The translations under genes were made by a program, and so were the position numbers. This document shows, piece by piece, positions 53,520-64,000 of a stretch of DNA of 64,000 bases (position 1 is its first letter; every line of letters starts with the position of its first letter). Source of the DNA: Carcharhinus amblyrhynchos. Taxonomy: Eukaryota. The DNA is taken from assembly GCA_965287045.1 (NCBI GenBank), contig OZ336881.1, forward strand, positions 45,446,001-45,510,000. Direction: 5' to 3'. The notes beneath the pieces are model-generated. The model was not told the DNA's origin. It did no database searches and saw only the letters and a list, made by a program, of their open reading frames with translations.

Positions 53520-53780
53520 GGCCTTATACTGAGGTGAATCAGAAGAGTACGATATGCCTCCAGATGACAGATATCCGGTGCTGGGGACGACTTTGTCTAT
53601 TCTAAAGGACTGAGGACAATTTTTGCCAGGTCATGCAGCAGTTGGTTCCATATGAGCTGAAAGATCACCCATTGGCTGTGGCCCTGAAGATGCTGGGGGA
53701 CCTCTGTGTCATCTTCGAGCCCTTGTTGGCCGTGGGAGGAGTATTCAAGGAAGTTCACTGGGCTGACAATCAGCTCGTAA
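53520..53780 (+). pseudogene. Harbinger (HARBI1-like) transposase N-terminal relic
   Basis: IRCWGRLCLF...FCQVMQQLVP...HPLAVALKM/LGDLCVI resembles CRRRLRLS...HPLPVAVKV...GDLCGIS. Confidence 0.6.
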
Positions 53781-53817
53781 ATCCTTCCACCATATCCCCC
53801 ACTTTTCCCAAAGGGTA

Positions 53818-54897
53818 TGGGGGTTATTTTACCATCGCATTGTTCCCATTTTCAGGAGTGACATGGGTGGTAAAGTCAGATGTAAAGTGCTTAGCATGAT
53901 TGATGACGGTTTTTGCGACCAGCGCCATTTTACAAGCACTGAGTTTCCAACGCAGTTAGGCTCTCGCCGGAAATGGGCAAGTGGCAGATTAGTGCATGTA
54001 AATTTATTTTAATGCTGTTTTACATCTGCCAATTATCCAGGCCACTCTCCACCCACCCCCCTCCTCCATTACTTCAGAGGGGAGCAGTCGGCTTGGCCAC
54101 ACTGGTGGCACCAGAGGTCATTGAGGCCTCCTGAAGAGGCTGAGGGCAAGGGGAAGTGCCTTGGGCAGTGCCAGAATGACAGTGCCATCTTGGCACCTAG
54201 GCAATGCCCACCAGACCACCCCAAGGGGTGGGCTAAAGGGGGAGGGCCCAGTGGGGGCAGGGCTAGTAGAAGTGGGGCCTGTGAGGGCAGGGCCAGTGGG
54301 TTAGAGTTAATGTAGGGGAGTGGCTAATAGGGAGAGGCTAATGGGGGAAGGGGCTAATGGGGGAGGGGGCCCAGTGCTACTCTGCAAGGATTGGTGGGGG
54401 CATGGGAGGGAGAGGGGGCCCAATGCCACTCTGCAGTGATTGGTGTGGGGGAGGGCAGCAAGTCCTTGATTGGTGGGGGAGGGTGGTGGGTTTGTGATTG
54501 GTGGTGGGGGTAGGTTGCAATCAATCTCGGTGGTATGGAGGGTCAACAGGGGCTGCCTTTCAGGCTGCTGGCCCCCACTATTGCAGGGAGGGGAACTGTG
54601 TCAGGCAGCCTGCACTGGCAGGAGCCGAACAGCTCCCTGTTTTCTGTTGGACCCCTGCCATTGCTAATATGCATGTACAGCATCAGAGGCCTGCACTTAC
54701 ACGCTTCCTCCCTCTGCAGGGTTCCAGGCCCACTTAACTCTGCCCACAGGCTTCTGCAATGAGCAAAGGACTTGCTCAAAATTTTGCAGGCAGAGTGTGT
54801 ATGGGGTGGCCTGAAAACATGCCTAAAAGGCGATCTGAAACTCTCCAGTTTCAAGTCTGCCCAGCACTTCGAAAAAAAAATGGTAAAATTGCTGCCT
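53818..54897 (+). mobile_element. MITE-like element (family B)
   Basis: Left ggggttattttaccat, right atggtaaaattgctgcc. The right arm is homologous to 10370-10538. Confidence 0.7.
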
Positions 54898-56384
54898 ATG
54901 AGTATGAGGGTACACTAACAACATCTGTCTAGGTGTACGGAACAAGTTGACATGCAGACTGAAATCCGTCAAAATTATGTGGAGCCAAAAAGTTGATGGC
55001 ATATCAGTACATATTTTCACATCATGTTTGCAAAGTGTCACAAGTAGCACAATGATATTTATCTCATCTCACATTTATGAGTGTGTTACACAGATACAAG
55101 TTTATTAATACTGTGCATTTTTACCATTTCAAATTTTTAATTTTTTTTGTACTGTTAAGCGCAAAAGGTCATACAATGGCAAAATGAGAACTGTACGGTA
55201 TTGAAAACTTCTCAGGATAAGAGAAAGAATCAAAGATATTTTTCTTAACAAGAAGCATTGAAAAACTATTATAGGAGTAACCATTGCCTTTGTACCTTAG
55301 TTGCCATGATACGGTGTTAATCATAACTCGGTGATTGCATTCTTTACACCCAAAGTGATTAGAAAATAATTTCACATTCTATGAGAACCCCTATCAATAA
55401 TGGATAATGTAAAATCTATGCAGGCATCAAGTAAGAGCATGAGTTGAACAAGTAGCAGGTATAAGTGGAACAAAACTAAAAAAAAGTTTAAATATAAAAA
55501 TTGACCTTAAGAAACAAATCAAAACAAGTGATGAGCATAAGAAATGATAAGCATTAGAAATAAACACCAACTACAGTGAGAGGAGATAAGTCCTTGCTGC
55601 CCTTTTCCTCTGCAAGAAGGAAGCATGCCCAAAGGGCCTCAAGTCTCCCAGGCAGCCCTCAATAACTCTGCGGATCTAAAGGCCAAATGGCAAATTCCAA
55701 ATGGTCTCTGACAGTAGCTGTTAAATGGCTTTTAATTAGCTCATTGCTTGCAGGCAGGGAACCCTGATGCCTGCCTAACCATCCTGATAAAGTTGCCCAG
55801 TGATGGGACAGTGCGTGCTTATTGGCTGGTGGTTCAGATATTCCACACCTACCCACCTTCATGCTCACCTTTGGGGTCCTAAATATTCAACCAAAATGTG
55901 AAAGTTTACAGCTCCTCCTGCTGATGGGATCATCTGATCCCACCAAGGTCAACAGACTACTGAACAGCTGGCTACACTCCCACCATAACAGGGCTGTAAA
56001 ATTCCACCCAAGGTGTTCAGGTGATCAACATGTGTTTGCCGAAAGATCTCCCCTTTGAAATTTTGTTTTCCCGTAAGCCTGATTCTGCTACAAATGGAGA
56101 AAATAAGATCCAGTTCCTTTTCTGTGCGGCTCTGGTAATTGATCTGCAGTGCAATTGGAACCATAAACCCTTAATTATTTACTATCTTTGATTGTATGTG
56201 GAAGTATAGGTTGTTTACATTAATATACTGGTAGGACTTGTGTGTGTTTCATAAATATGATATTAAAAAGATCATTAGCCATATTCGTTGTTAATGAGTG
56301 GCTGACTATATTTGACATAGAATTAGATTTTCAGTAAATATAGTTGACAGAAATTTCAAGGAGTTGGAGAGAATTCAAAGTAGA

Positions 56385-57140
56385 GTGATAATGGCTCTTT
56401 AAGTTCACGCTGGTTCCCTGCAGAGCAATTCCATCAGTTCTACTTCCTTCCTCTTCCTGTACCTCTGCAAGTTTATTTCCCTTGGCTGCTTATCCAACTT
56501 GGTTCTGAAATCATGAATCATTTCCATTTCTATTACCTCCATTAGCAACAATTTCAATGATACTGAGTAAACCTATGTCTCTTCGGCCTGGTGCCATCAA
56601 CTATTGGAACATTTTTCTTGTCTATCCTATTTAAAGCTGTCATTATTTTGTACAGCCCTCTGAGCTGTTCCTTTAATCTTCTTTTCTCCAAGTAGAATAA
56701 CTCAAGCTTCCCAAACCTAATCCAATCTAATTAAGTTCCCTCATCACTGGAGTGATTGTGGTAAATTTCCTGTCCACTCATGAAAGAGCTTCACATCTTT
56801 CCTAAAATGGAATGACCTAAACAGGATATAATTCTCCAGTTGTGGCTGAACAAGAGCTTTATAAAGGTTCAGTGTAACCTTGCTGCTTTTGCACTCAATA
56901 TCTCTCTTTATGAAGCCTGAGTTCCCATATGATTTGTTAGTTACACTCTCAATATTTCTTGCTATCTTCAAAGGTCAATGCACATGAACCTGCAAGATCC
57001 TCAGTTCCTGCAACTCTTTACAACTGTATTGTTGAGATTATATTGTCTCTCCCTATCTTGTCTGCCAAATTGCATCACCTCACAATTCTCAGTATGAAAT
57101 TATAGTTGCCATGTCTAGCCTATCTATATTTTCCTAGGAG
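56385..57140 (-). mobile_element. Old CR1 LINE, 3' portion
   Basis: ORF 56744-56971 contains LNLYKALVQPQLENYILFRSFHFRKDVK. Decayed ENIDRL/WQ motifs lie near 57100-57140. Confidence 0.8.
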
Positions 57141-57196
57141 GAAAAAACAGTTTGGACAAGTATTCTTATTTATTCATTTTCATGTTTCTTTTTCAC

Positions 57197-58828
57197 AGAA
57201 CATAGAACATTACAGCACAGTACAGGCCCTTCGGCCCTCAATGTTGTGCTGAGCAATGTCCAATCCCAAGATCAAGCTATCCCCTCCCTATAATTCTGGA
57301 GTGCTCCATGTGCCCATCCAATAACCGTTTGAAAGTTCCTGAAGTGTCTGATTCCCCTACCACAGCAGGCAGTCCATTCCACACCCTAACCACTCTCTGG
57401 TTGAAGAATCTACCTCAGACATCCCTCCTATGTCTCCCACTATGAACCTTACAGTTATGCCCCCTAGTAACAGCTACATCCACCCAAGGAAATAGTCTCT
57501 GCGCGTCCACTTTATCAATCCCTCTCATCATCTTAAACCTCTACTAAGTTACTTCTCATCCTCCTCCACTCCAAAGACAAAAGCCCCAGCTCCCTCAACC
57601 TTTCCTCATAAGACCTACCCTCCAAACCAGGCAGCATCCTGGTAAATCTCCTCTGCACTCTCTCCAATGCTACCATATCCTTCTTATAATGAGGTGACCA
57701 GAACTGAACACAATATTCCAAATGTGGTCTCACCAACGTCCGGTATAGTTGCCACATAACTCCACGGCTCTTAAACTCAAACCCCCTGTTAATAAGAACA
57801 TAAGAACATAAGAAATAGGAGCAGGAGTAGGCCATCTAGCCCTTTGAGCCTGCCCCGCCATTCAATAAGATCATGGCTGATCTGTCGTGGCTCAGTTCCA
57901 CATTCCCGCCCTCTCCCCATAACCCTTAATCCCCTCGCTTATCAAAAACCCATCAACCCGCGTCTTAAAAATTTTTAGCGAGGCAGCCTCCACCACTTCA
58001 ACGGGCAGAGAATTCCAGAGATTCACCACCCTTTGAGTGAAGAAGTTCCTCCTCAACTCCGTTCTAAACCGTCCCCCCTTTATCTTGAGGCTGTGCCCCC
58101 TAGTCCTACTGTCCTTTCTGAGCGGGAAGAGTCTCTCCACCTCTATCCTATCCATCCCATTCATCATCTTATATGTCTCAATGAGATCTCCCCTCATTCT
58201 TCTAAACTCTAACGAGTACAAGCCTAGTTTATTCAGCCTCTCCTCATAGCTCAATCCCCTCAACTCCGGTATCAGCCTCTGCACTCCCTCCAAGGCCAAA
58301 ATATCCTTGCGTAAGTGCGGCGACCAAAACTGCACACAGTACTCTAGCTGCGGCCTCACCAATGGCTTATACAACTGCAGCAAGACCTCCCTACTTTTAT
58401 ATTCAATCCCCCTCGCTATAATAAACGCTAACGTACTATAAGCCTTCTTCACGGCTCTATCTACTTGAGTGGCAACCTTCAGAGATCTGTGGATATGAAT
58501 CCCAAGATCTCTCTGTTCCTCCACATTCCTTAGAACCCTGCCGTTGATCCTGTAAATCGCATTCAAGTTTGTCCTACCAAAATGAATTACCACACACTTA
58601 TCAGGGTTAAACTCCATCTGCCACTTTTTGGCCCAGCTCTGCATCCTATCAATGTCTCTTTGCAGCGTGAAAGAGTCCTCCACCTCATCCACTACTCCAC
58701 CAATCTTGGTGTCGTCAGCAAATTTACTAACCCACCCTTCAGCCCCTTCTTCCAAGTCATTGATAAAAATCATGAAAAGCAGAGGACCCAGCACTGACCC
58801 CTGTGGCACACCGCTGGTAACTGGCCTC
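57197..58828 (-). mobile_element. Middle-aged CR1 LINE interrupted by a younger CR1
   Basis: 5' part 58419-58828 (PQGSVLGP, KFADDTK) and 3' part 57197-57794 ([11 protein letters not shown]...[11 protein letters not shown]). Tail (ttctatg)n at 57197. Confidence 0.93.
57795..58418 (-). mobile_element. Young CR1 nested insertion, same subfamily as 43462-44609
   Basis: Nearly identical in reverse to about 43970-44609, including the tail. Flanked by taataa at 57790-57795 and 58419-58424. 12-nt in-frame deletion (RFTR). Confidence 0.95.
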
Positions 58829-58849
58829 TGGTCCTTTTGGGTTCTTATG

Positions 58850-59065
58850 GCCAGTTGACATCATCTTCACTGTTCTTTATATCTCCAAGTTTGGTATCAT
58901 CAGCAAATTTATTCTATTGTCCAAGCCATTTTTGCACGTTTTCTATCCTTAAGTAATTGTTAAAAAAATCCTTGTTGACACTGATTCTCTTATCCCACTA
59001 GCATCAATTTTGTTAACCAGCCTTTGATGCAATACTTTTTCAGACACTTTGTTGAAATCTATGCA
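58850..59065 (-). mobile_element. Old CR1 LINE, 5' portion (continuation of 56385-57140)
   Basis: Minus strand encodes KFADDTKLGDIKNSEDD and a decayed DFxKAFDKV region. Confidence 0.65.
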
Positions 59066-59163
59066 CTATTTATTGTAAATTTGCAGATCAGTAAAGAAGA
59101 AAACCAACCTATAGTTATAGAATATATCCACAATTAATAAACTAGTAATATCTACAATGGTAT

Positions 59164-59523
59164 GGGTGGTAAGGTGGAACAGTGATTAGAATTGCTGCCT
59201 CACAATTCCAGGGACCTGGGTTCAATTCCGGCCTTGGATGACCATGCAGAGTTTGCATGTTTTCTCCATGATTGTGTGGGTTCCCTCCAGCTGCTCCGGA
59301 ATCTTCCCACAGTCGAAAGATATACAGGTTAGGTGGAATGGCCATGCTAAATTGCCCCTTGGTGTTCCAAAGTATATTGGTTAGCTGTATTAGCCATGGG
59401 AAATGTGCAGAGTTACAGGTGTAGGGCGGGGGAGAGGGCCTGGCTAAAATATTCTGCCAACAAGTCAGTGCAGTCTCGATGGGCTCACTGGCCTCTTCTG
59501 CACTGTAGAGATTTGATTTTATG
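59164..59523 (+). mobile_element. HE1-type V-SINE, full length
   Basis: Head with gggttcaattcc B box, V core, and tail cctcttctgcactgtagagatt. Confidence 0.88.
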
Positions 59524-60354
59524 GTACGAATAAAACTTCCTTTGGAATTTCTGTTAAATAGCTACATACCTGTCATTGTGACATTTCATACCCAAACTGC
59601 AGAAGACTGAAGTACCTTGTTAATTTTCTCCTTTAGGAAAATAGTTTAGTTTCAAAAATAGATTTAAAAAATACAGATGAAAGGTATAAGACCTCTTTAA
59701 CTTTTCTTAATTTAAAATATATATGTCTATTGAGCATTAGTTTTATTGCAATCGCTGCACGATCCTGAATTTGTAATTGTATTACTGAAAAAATGCGAGT
59801 TATATTGAGCAGTGGCTCACTCTGTGTATGTACAAGGGATTGAGGGGGTGGGGGTGTGGAGGGTGGACATTAGCTGATAAATTACAGAAGAGGGCTTTAG
59901 TTAGTTAACATTTGTCAATGTGGATTCAAATCCAAAACACAATTCATGCATAAGCTTATTTAAAATGGGCAAGTACCTCTTAAAGAGGGATTGAATTCAC
60001 TTCTGGAAAATTGCTGCAAAAGATGTGTATACTGTCTAAAATGAGTCGCATGCAGACTCTCAGGTTCTCTGTGAACATACCTGTTTGATGAAGACAAGGA
60101 GGAAAATTCTCTTCCTTATGAATGAGAGGAAAATTCACATGTTTTGTAGTCACCATCCTGGAGTGAGTTGGCTGAGATCATCAATCTCAGATCTGAGTGT
60201 CTGCAGCTTCTCTAAGTAATGCTTACATCAGCGAGTCAGTCAGTTCTTGAAGCCAGTCACCTGAGGTATAACTTAGTGGGTTGGGATGAAATATATGTCA
60301 AGGTACTACTATCCAAAGGACCTCAATTTATACACATTCATGAGGGAACTGTTT

Positions 60355-60642
60355 AAAGTTTAGAAGTTTAAAGTTTTTTAGTGGCATAAGTTGGCTTACT
60401 TTAACACTACAGTTAAGTTAAAGTGAACATCCTCTAGTCCGGCACTTGTTTGGGCACAGTGAGGGAGAACTCAGCATGGCCAGTTTACCTAACCAGCATA
60501 TCTTTCAGACTGTGGGAGGAAAGTGGAGAACCCAGAGGAAATCCACTCAGGCATGGGGAGAACATGAAAACTCAGCACAGTGATCCAAGCTGGGAATCAA
60601 ACCCGGGTCCTTGGTGCTAACCACTCTGCCACCGTGCTGTCC
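60355..60642 (-). mobile_element. HE1-like V-SINE with alternative tail
   Basis: ctgtgggaggaaagtggagaacccagaggaaatccac V core in reverse. Tail related to 15900-15970. Confidence 0.8.
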
Positions 60643-60884
60643 AGTCTGCTTTCAGCAGATACCTTGTCACTGAAAAGAAATCCAGAATTAAAAAGATTGC
60701 TAATATGAATGGTTAGTCAAATGATTGGTTTTGATGGCCCTGTCATCCATTTCCCCCCAGTTGTGGTGAATAACAACCAGGGAAAACATTAGGAATTTGC
60801 AACCAGTATAATTCCATAGGGCATGGAGACAGTTAGGGAACCCAAACAGATTGAGTATCAGTGCCACACCATCATGCAAGATAT

Positions 60885-61685
60885 TGGGGTGAACTTTGTA
60901 CCAAGCCTCAGGAACCTGATGTCAGAGCATCCCGATGCCAATGTCATTATCAGCTCATGAATCCTTTCGAGTAGGGGCTGTAGTAGCCAATCAATTAGTA
61001 GGTTTCCTCCACACTTCCCTTGCATCTCGGGTTGACGAGCAGCTTGTGGATTCAGAAACTGTAAAACAGTTTGCTGTGGGTGGCATTCAATTTAGGCAAT
61101 AGGGGCCTCGCTCACCAGTTGGAGAGCAGATGAGAACCCTTCATCTTATCCTTCAGGGAAAGCATGCTGCGTTTGTGCCTGTTATGTAGCCAGCAGGATC
61201 AAGGATCCTGGAAATGGAAATTTCATCTCCATGAGTGGCCAGGCAATCAGAGGCTTGCAGCTCCTGTGCCAACTGCACCACCACAGTAGTAGTTGTTTGC
61301 AATGCACCCACCAGAAATCCAGGATCAGCCAACCACCCAGTGAGAGCAGGATAGGCATCACAAAGAAGCTGAGGGAGACCGAAGAATTGACATATAGTGG
61401 TTTTCAGTGGGCCCTCCTCCTTCGGTTCATTGAGATCAGACCCACCCTGATCTGTCCTGAAGCTGGAAATTTTGAAGTTCCTGCATGGTGAGATCCCACT
61501 GCCATTGGATGCACATCAGCAGTAGCTGGATTGAGATTAAGTGAAAGTCTTCCAGGAGTCTGCCTGCCATGGACTTAATTGGGGCAGAGGTGGAAAGGCA
61601 GCAAGTCCACTATCCTCCACCTTCCTAGCCAATTAAATTCCTCTCACAACCATCAAACTCACCTTGGAAGTGGCATTAAGTTCTG
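60885..61685. mobile_element. Old non-autonomous DNA-transposon-like repeat; related decayed copies at about 15130-15640, 29730-30320, 41250-41900, 55600-56010 and 62378-63285
   Basis: Recurring blocks ggcc-caatcagagg, ggatcaagga-cc-ggaa-tggaaat and cttaa-tgg-caattaa. Confidence 0.4.
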
Positions 61686-63562
61686 TCCACTGTAATTAAG
61701 ACATTTTACACAGTTAAAAATTCAGTTACACCATAATGCACCAGCCCTAGCTTTGTACTTACCCACTGATAACCAACTAAGCCTTTTAAATAGTCATTTC
61801 ACAGCCCTCCGTGCGTTTCAATGCAGAGTAAATGTTTGAGTTACAAGTGGAGCAACGTTTGTGGTGGAGTATGGCAATTTCAGGATTTCTGAATTATCTG
61901 TGCTTGTGTGGACTCTGGGAGTTGCTATCTGGACTTAGTATTCAAGAAATGGGTGTGAAAATTAAGAACGCACTGTTTGCTGATTTGGGACTTCTCATTT
62001 GGAGGCCGTATGATTAAGGAAATGTATGGCCATTAGCATTTCAGTGCTCTGACCATATCTCAGAGTGATTAAACCGGGAATGAAAACAATCATTTTCTTG
62101 TGCTCTGAACAATCTGAAATGTGCCACTGTGACAGGAAATTTCTGCCTAGGGTATATGAAAAAGTCAAAAACTCTGAGATCTTGATCTCCTCAGAAGCAA
62201 ATCAGGAGGCCATTTGTTTACAATGGCCAGACTGTACCATTTGGATTTTGTTATTTTGGAATAGTTGATGTGTACATTGCAGATGTTTCCCACAGGGCAA
62301 GTAAATAATCCTCATGTCAGAATACCCAAATGTCTGTCTCACTCTCAAAAAGAAGTAGGGTAAATTTTACAGCTTCCTGCTGGCATATTTGAAGGCAAAG
62401 GGCACATTAAATAAAATGGATGTCAGCGCTCCACCTCCCTGCCCGTTCCTGGCCTGTACCCCATATTAAGGTGGGCTGATAAGGAGTCAGGTGAATTACC
62501 AACCTCTCAACGTATAGATGCTCTTAAGTGGAAAATTAACTGCATTCCGCACAACCACAACTTTTCAGAGAAAGGCAAGACTTGACAAACAACCTGCCAG
62601 CTTTTACTACATGAACTTCTGATGGCCAAGAGCTTGTGGTATCTCCTACAAGAGATCCCCAGTGCCCATGGGGGTCATACCCAGATGCTACTCTCCTTTG
62701 CTGCTCCACCCCAGACTTCTTATCCTAAGCATCCCCCTGGACCCCCAAATGCCCTTGCTGGAGTCTCCCCAGCTGTTCCTGCCAAAAATCCCCCGACCTA
62801 TCTATTATATATTCAAATGGTTGCATAGTTACTTGAAGAGCTGATCATGTGATTTGATGGTGCTGTCATTGGAGTGTTTCACAGGCTCCTGCTTTTAGTT
62901 TCAGTGGGAAAAAGCTCGTAGAAAAAAACCTGTTGTATGTTAGTTTGAATCTACATGTTCAAACCCAACTTTTGTTAAAACCCACAACCTCTAATATTAT
63001 TAGGACATTACATTACTTAAGTCCTATATCTGTCTTCACTTCTTCCTCAGGACTGCTTGTAGTCCCAGCAGTGGCTATTATTCTCTTTTGATGTTGCTGG
63101 GACTACAGAATTGCTGGCCAGTATAATTGCTCGGCAGCTCTCTGGAGCCAGGCTTCCTTTCCCTGAGGGGCTGGAAATCTGTTCTGATCCAATTAAGGCA
63201 GCCCCCGGTGTTATGGAGCAGCAGGATTTCTGGGTGATGAAGTACCGACAGACATTCATTTGAGAGGTTGGATAATTTCTCCCCCCATTAAATCCACTCC
63301 CATCTGAGAATTGGAATTTTGTTTATCTACACAAAGGATCTTGGCTTTGAAGTTCGTTTAAGCATCAGAAGATAACTGTTTTTTTTATTCTAAGGTTTTG
63401 GATATGCATTGATTAATTTTAATGGTTTGCTTTGCTTTTCATCAGAGACATATTTTTGTGTAATGAAAAATTATATTAATTTTTGCATGTATTTGCTTTT
63501 TAATATTTGTGAAGAAGTTGGGGTATTGTAACCACTTTTGATCCTTTTTTTCTGTTTTCCAG

Positions 63563-63864
63563 GGAGAGAAGAATATGTTGCAACATTTAAAGGATCAGAA
63601 TACTTCTGCTATGATTTATCACAGAACCCAATCCAGAGTAGCAGCGATGAAATAACATTATCATTCAGAACCCTTCAAAGGAATGGTCTGATGCTTCATA
63701 CAGGGAAATCTGCAGATTATGTAAATCTGGCTTTGAAAGATGGTGCTGTCTCACTGGTCATTAATTTGGGGTCAGGAGCCTTTGAAGCTTTGGTGGAACC
63801 TGTGAATGGAAAATTTAATGACAATGCCTGGCATGATGTGAAAGTAACCCGGAACCTCCGTCAG
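63563..63864 (+). CDS. NRXN1: Internal coding exon of alpha-neurexin (most like neurexin-1), N-terminal part of LNS2/laminin-G domain, between SS1 and SS2
   Basis: Translates (G)[100 protein letters not shown], nearly identical to vertebrate alpha-neurexins. EEY, FKGSEYF, TLQ, LML and EAL favour NRXN1 over NRXN2/3. Polypyrimidine tract plus AG at 63561-63562 (phase 1), GT donor at 63865 (phase 0), length 302 nt. Confidence 0.93.
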
Positions 63865-64000
63865 GTAACAGTACAAAGGATGATGTGGAAAATGTGGGAC
63901 CTGTTTCTTAATCATGTATGGAAAAAAAGTAGTTTCAATGCACACAGTTACAAATTTATCATTACAAATTAGATATGATTAAATTATTTCCTTTTGAGTT

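Larger units (their letters stand above)
1..63562 (+). other. 3' part of the very long neurexin intron upstream of the LNS2 exon
   Basis: No other credible host exon recognised. The repeat-rich sequence ends at a strong acceptor (ttttttctgttttccag). The equivalent NRXN1 intron is very long in other vertebrates. Confidence 0.8.

Noticed and set aside
57892-58809. 305-aa RT ORF as a functional or domesticated gene, retron or other defence RT
   Set aside because: It is a 5'-truncated CR1 ORF2 chimera lacking the endonuclease, RT N-terminus and any promoter. It is interesting mechanistically only.
63058-63070. Alu-like tgtagtcccagc suggesting primate contamination
   Set aside because: Only a 12-nt match with no other Alu sequence, and all surrounding repeats are elasmobranch-type.
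1-63562. Known NRXN1 SS1 mini-exons (EDNNVE, GLAHLMMGDQ, GKSK)
   Set aside because: Not spotted by eye with valid splice sites. They probably lie upstream of the window, but a very short exon could have been missed.
63538-63972. 144-aa ORF as a stand-alone gene
   Set aside because: Only 63563-63864 is neurexin-like. The flanking residues are translated polypyrimidine tract and downstream intron.

Overview
Vertebrate (elasmobranch, probably shark) genomic DNA, not prokaryotic. Almost all of the window (1-63562) is one very long + strand intron that ends at a 302-nt alpha-neurexin exon (63563-63864, most like NRXN1). This exon encodes the start of the LNS2 domain, between alternative splice sites SS1 and SS2. 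The intron is dense in repeats: young and old CR1 LINEs, L2, Rex1/Babar, HE1-type V-SINEs, a second tRNA-SINE next to its likely partner LINE, Penelope-like terminal fragments, decayed PIF/Harbinger transposons and GC-rich MITE derivatives. Nearly all ORFs in the track are spurious or transposon relics. I see no convincing new multi-gene system. The best leads are: (1) a three-tier CR1 nest whose youngest member joins its host at the homologous codon, giving an in-frame chimeric RT ORF; (2) an intact minimal hammerhead ribozyme antisense to neurexin; (3) a 69-nt near-perfect palindrome; (4) a candidate recursive splice site or in-frame 9-nt microexon; (5) several spliced Harbinger Myb/SANT gene relics with shared intron positions. 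Repeat boundaries were judged by eye and are approximate. Family names come from recalled motifs, not from a database search.
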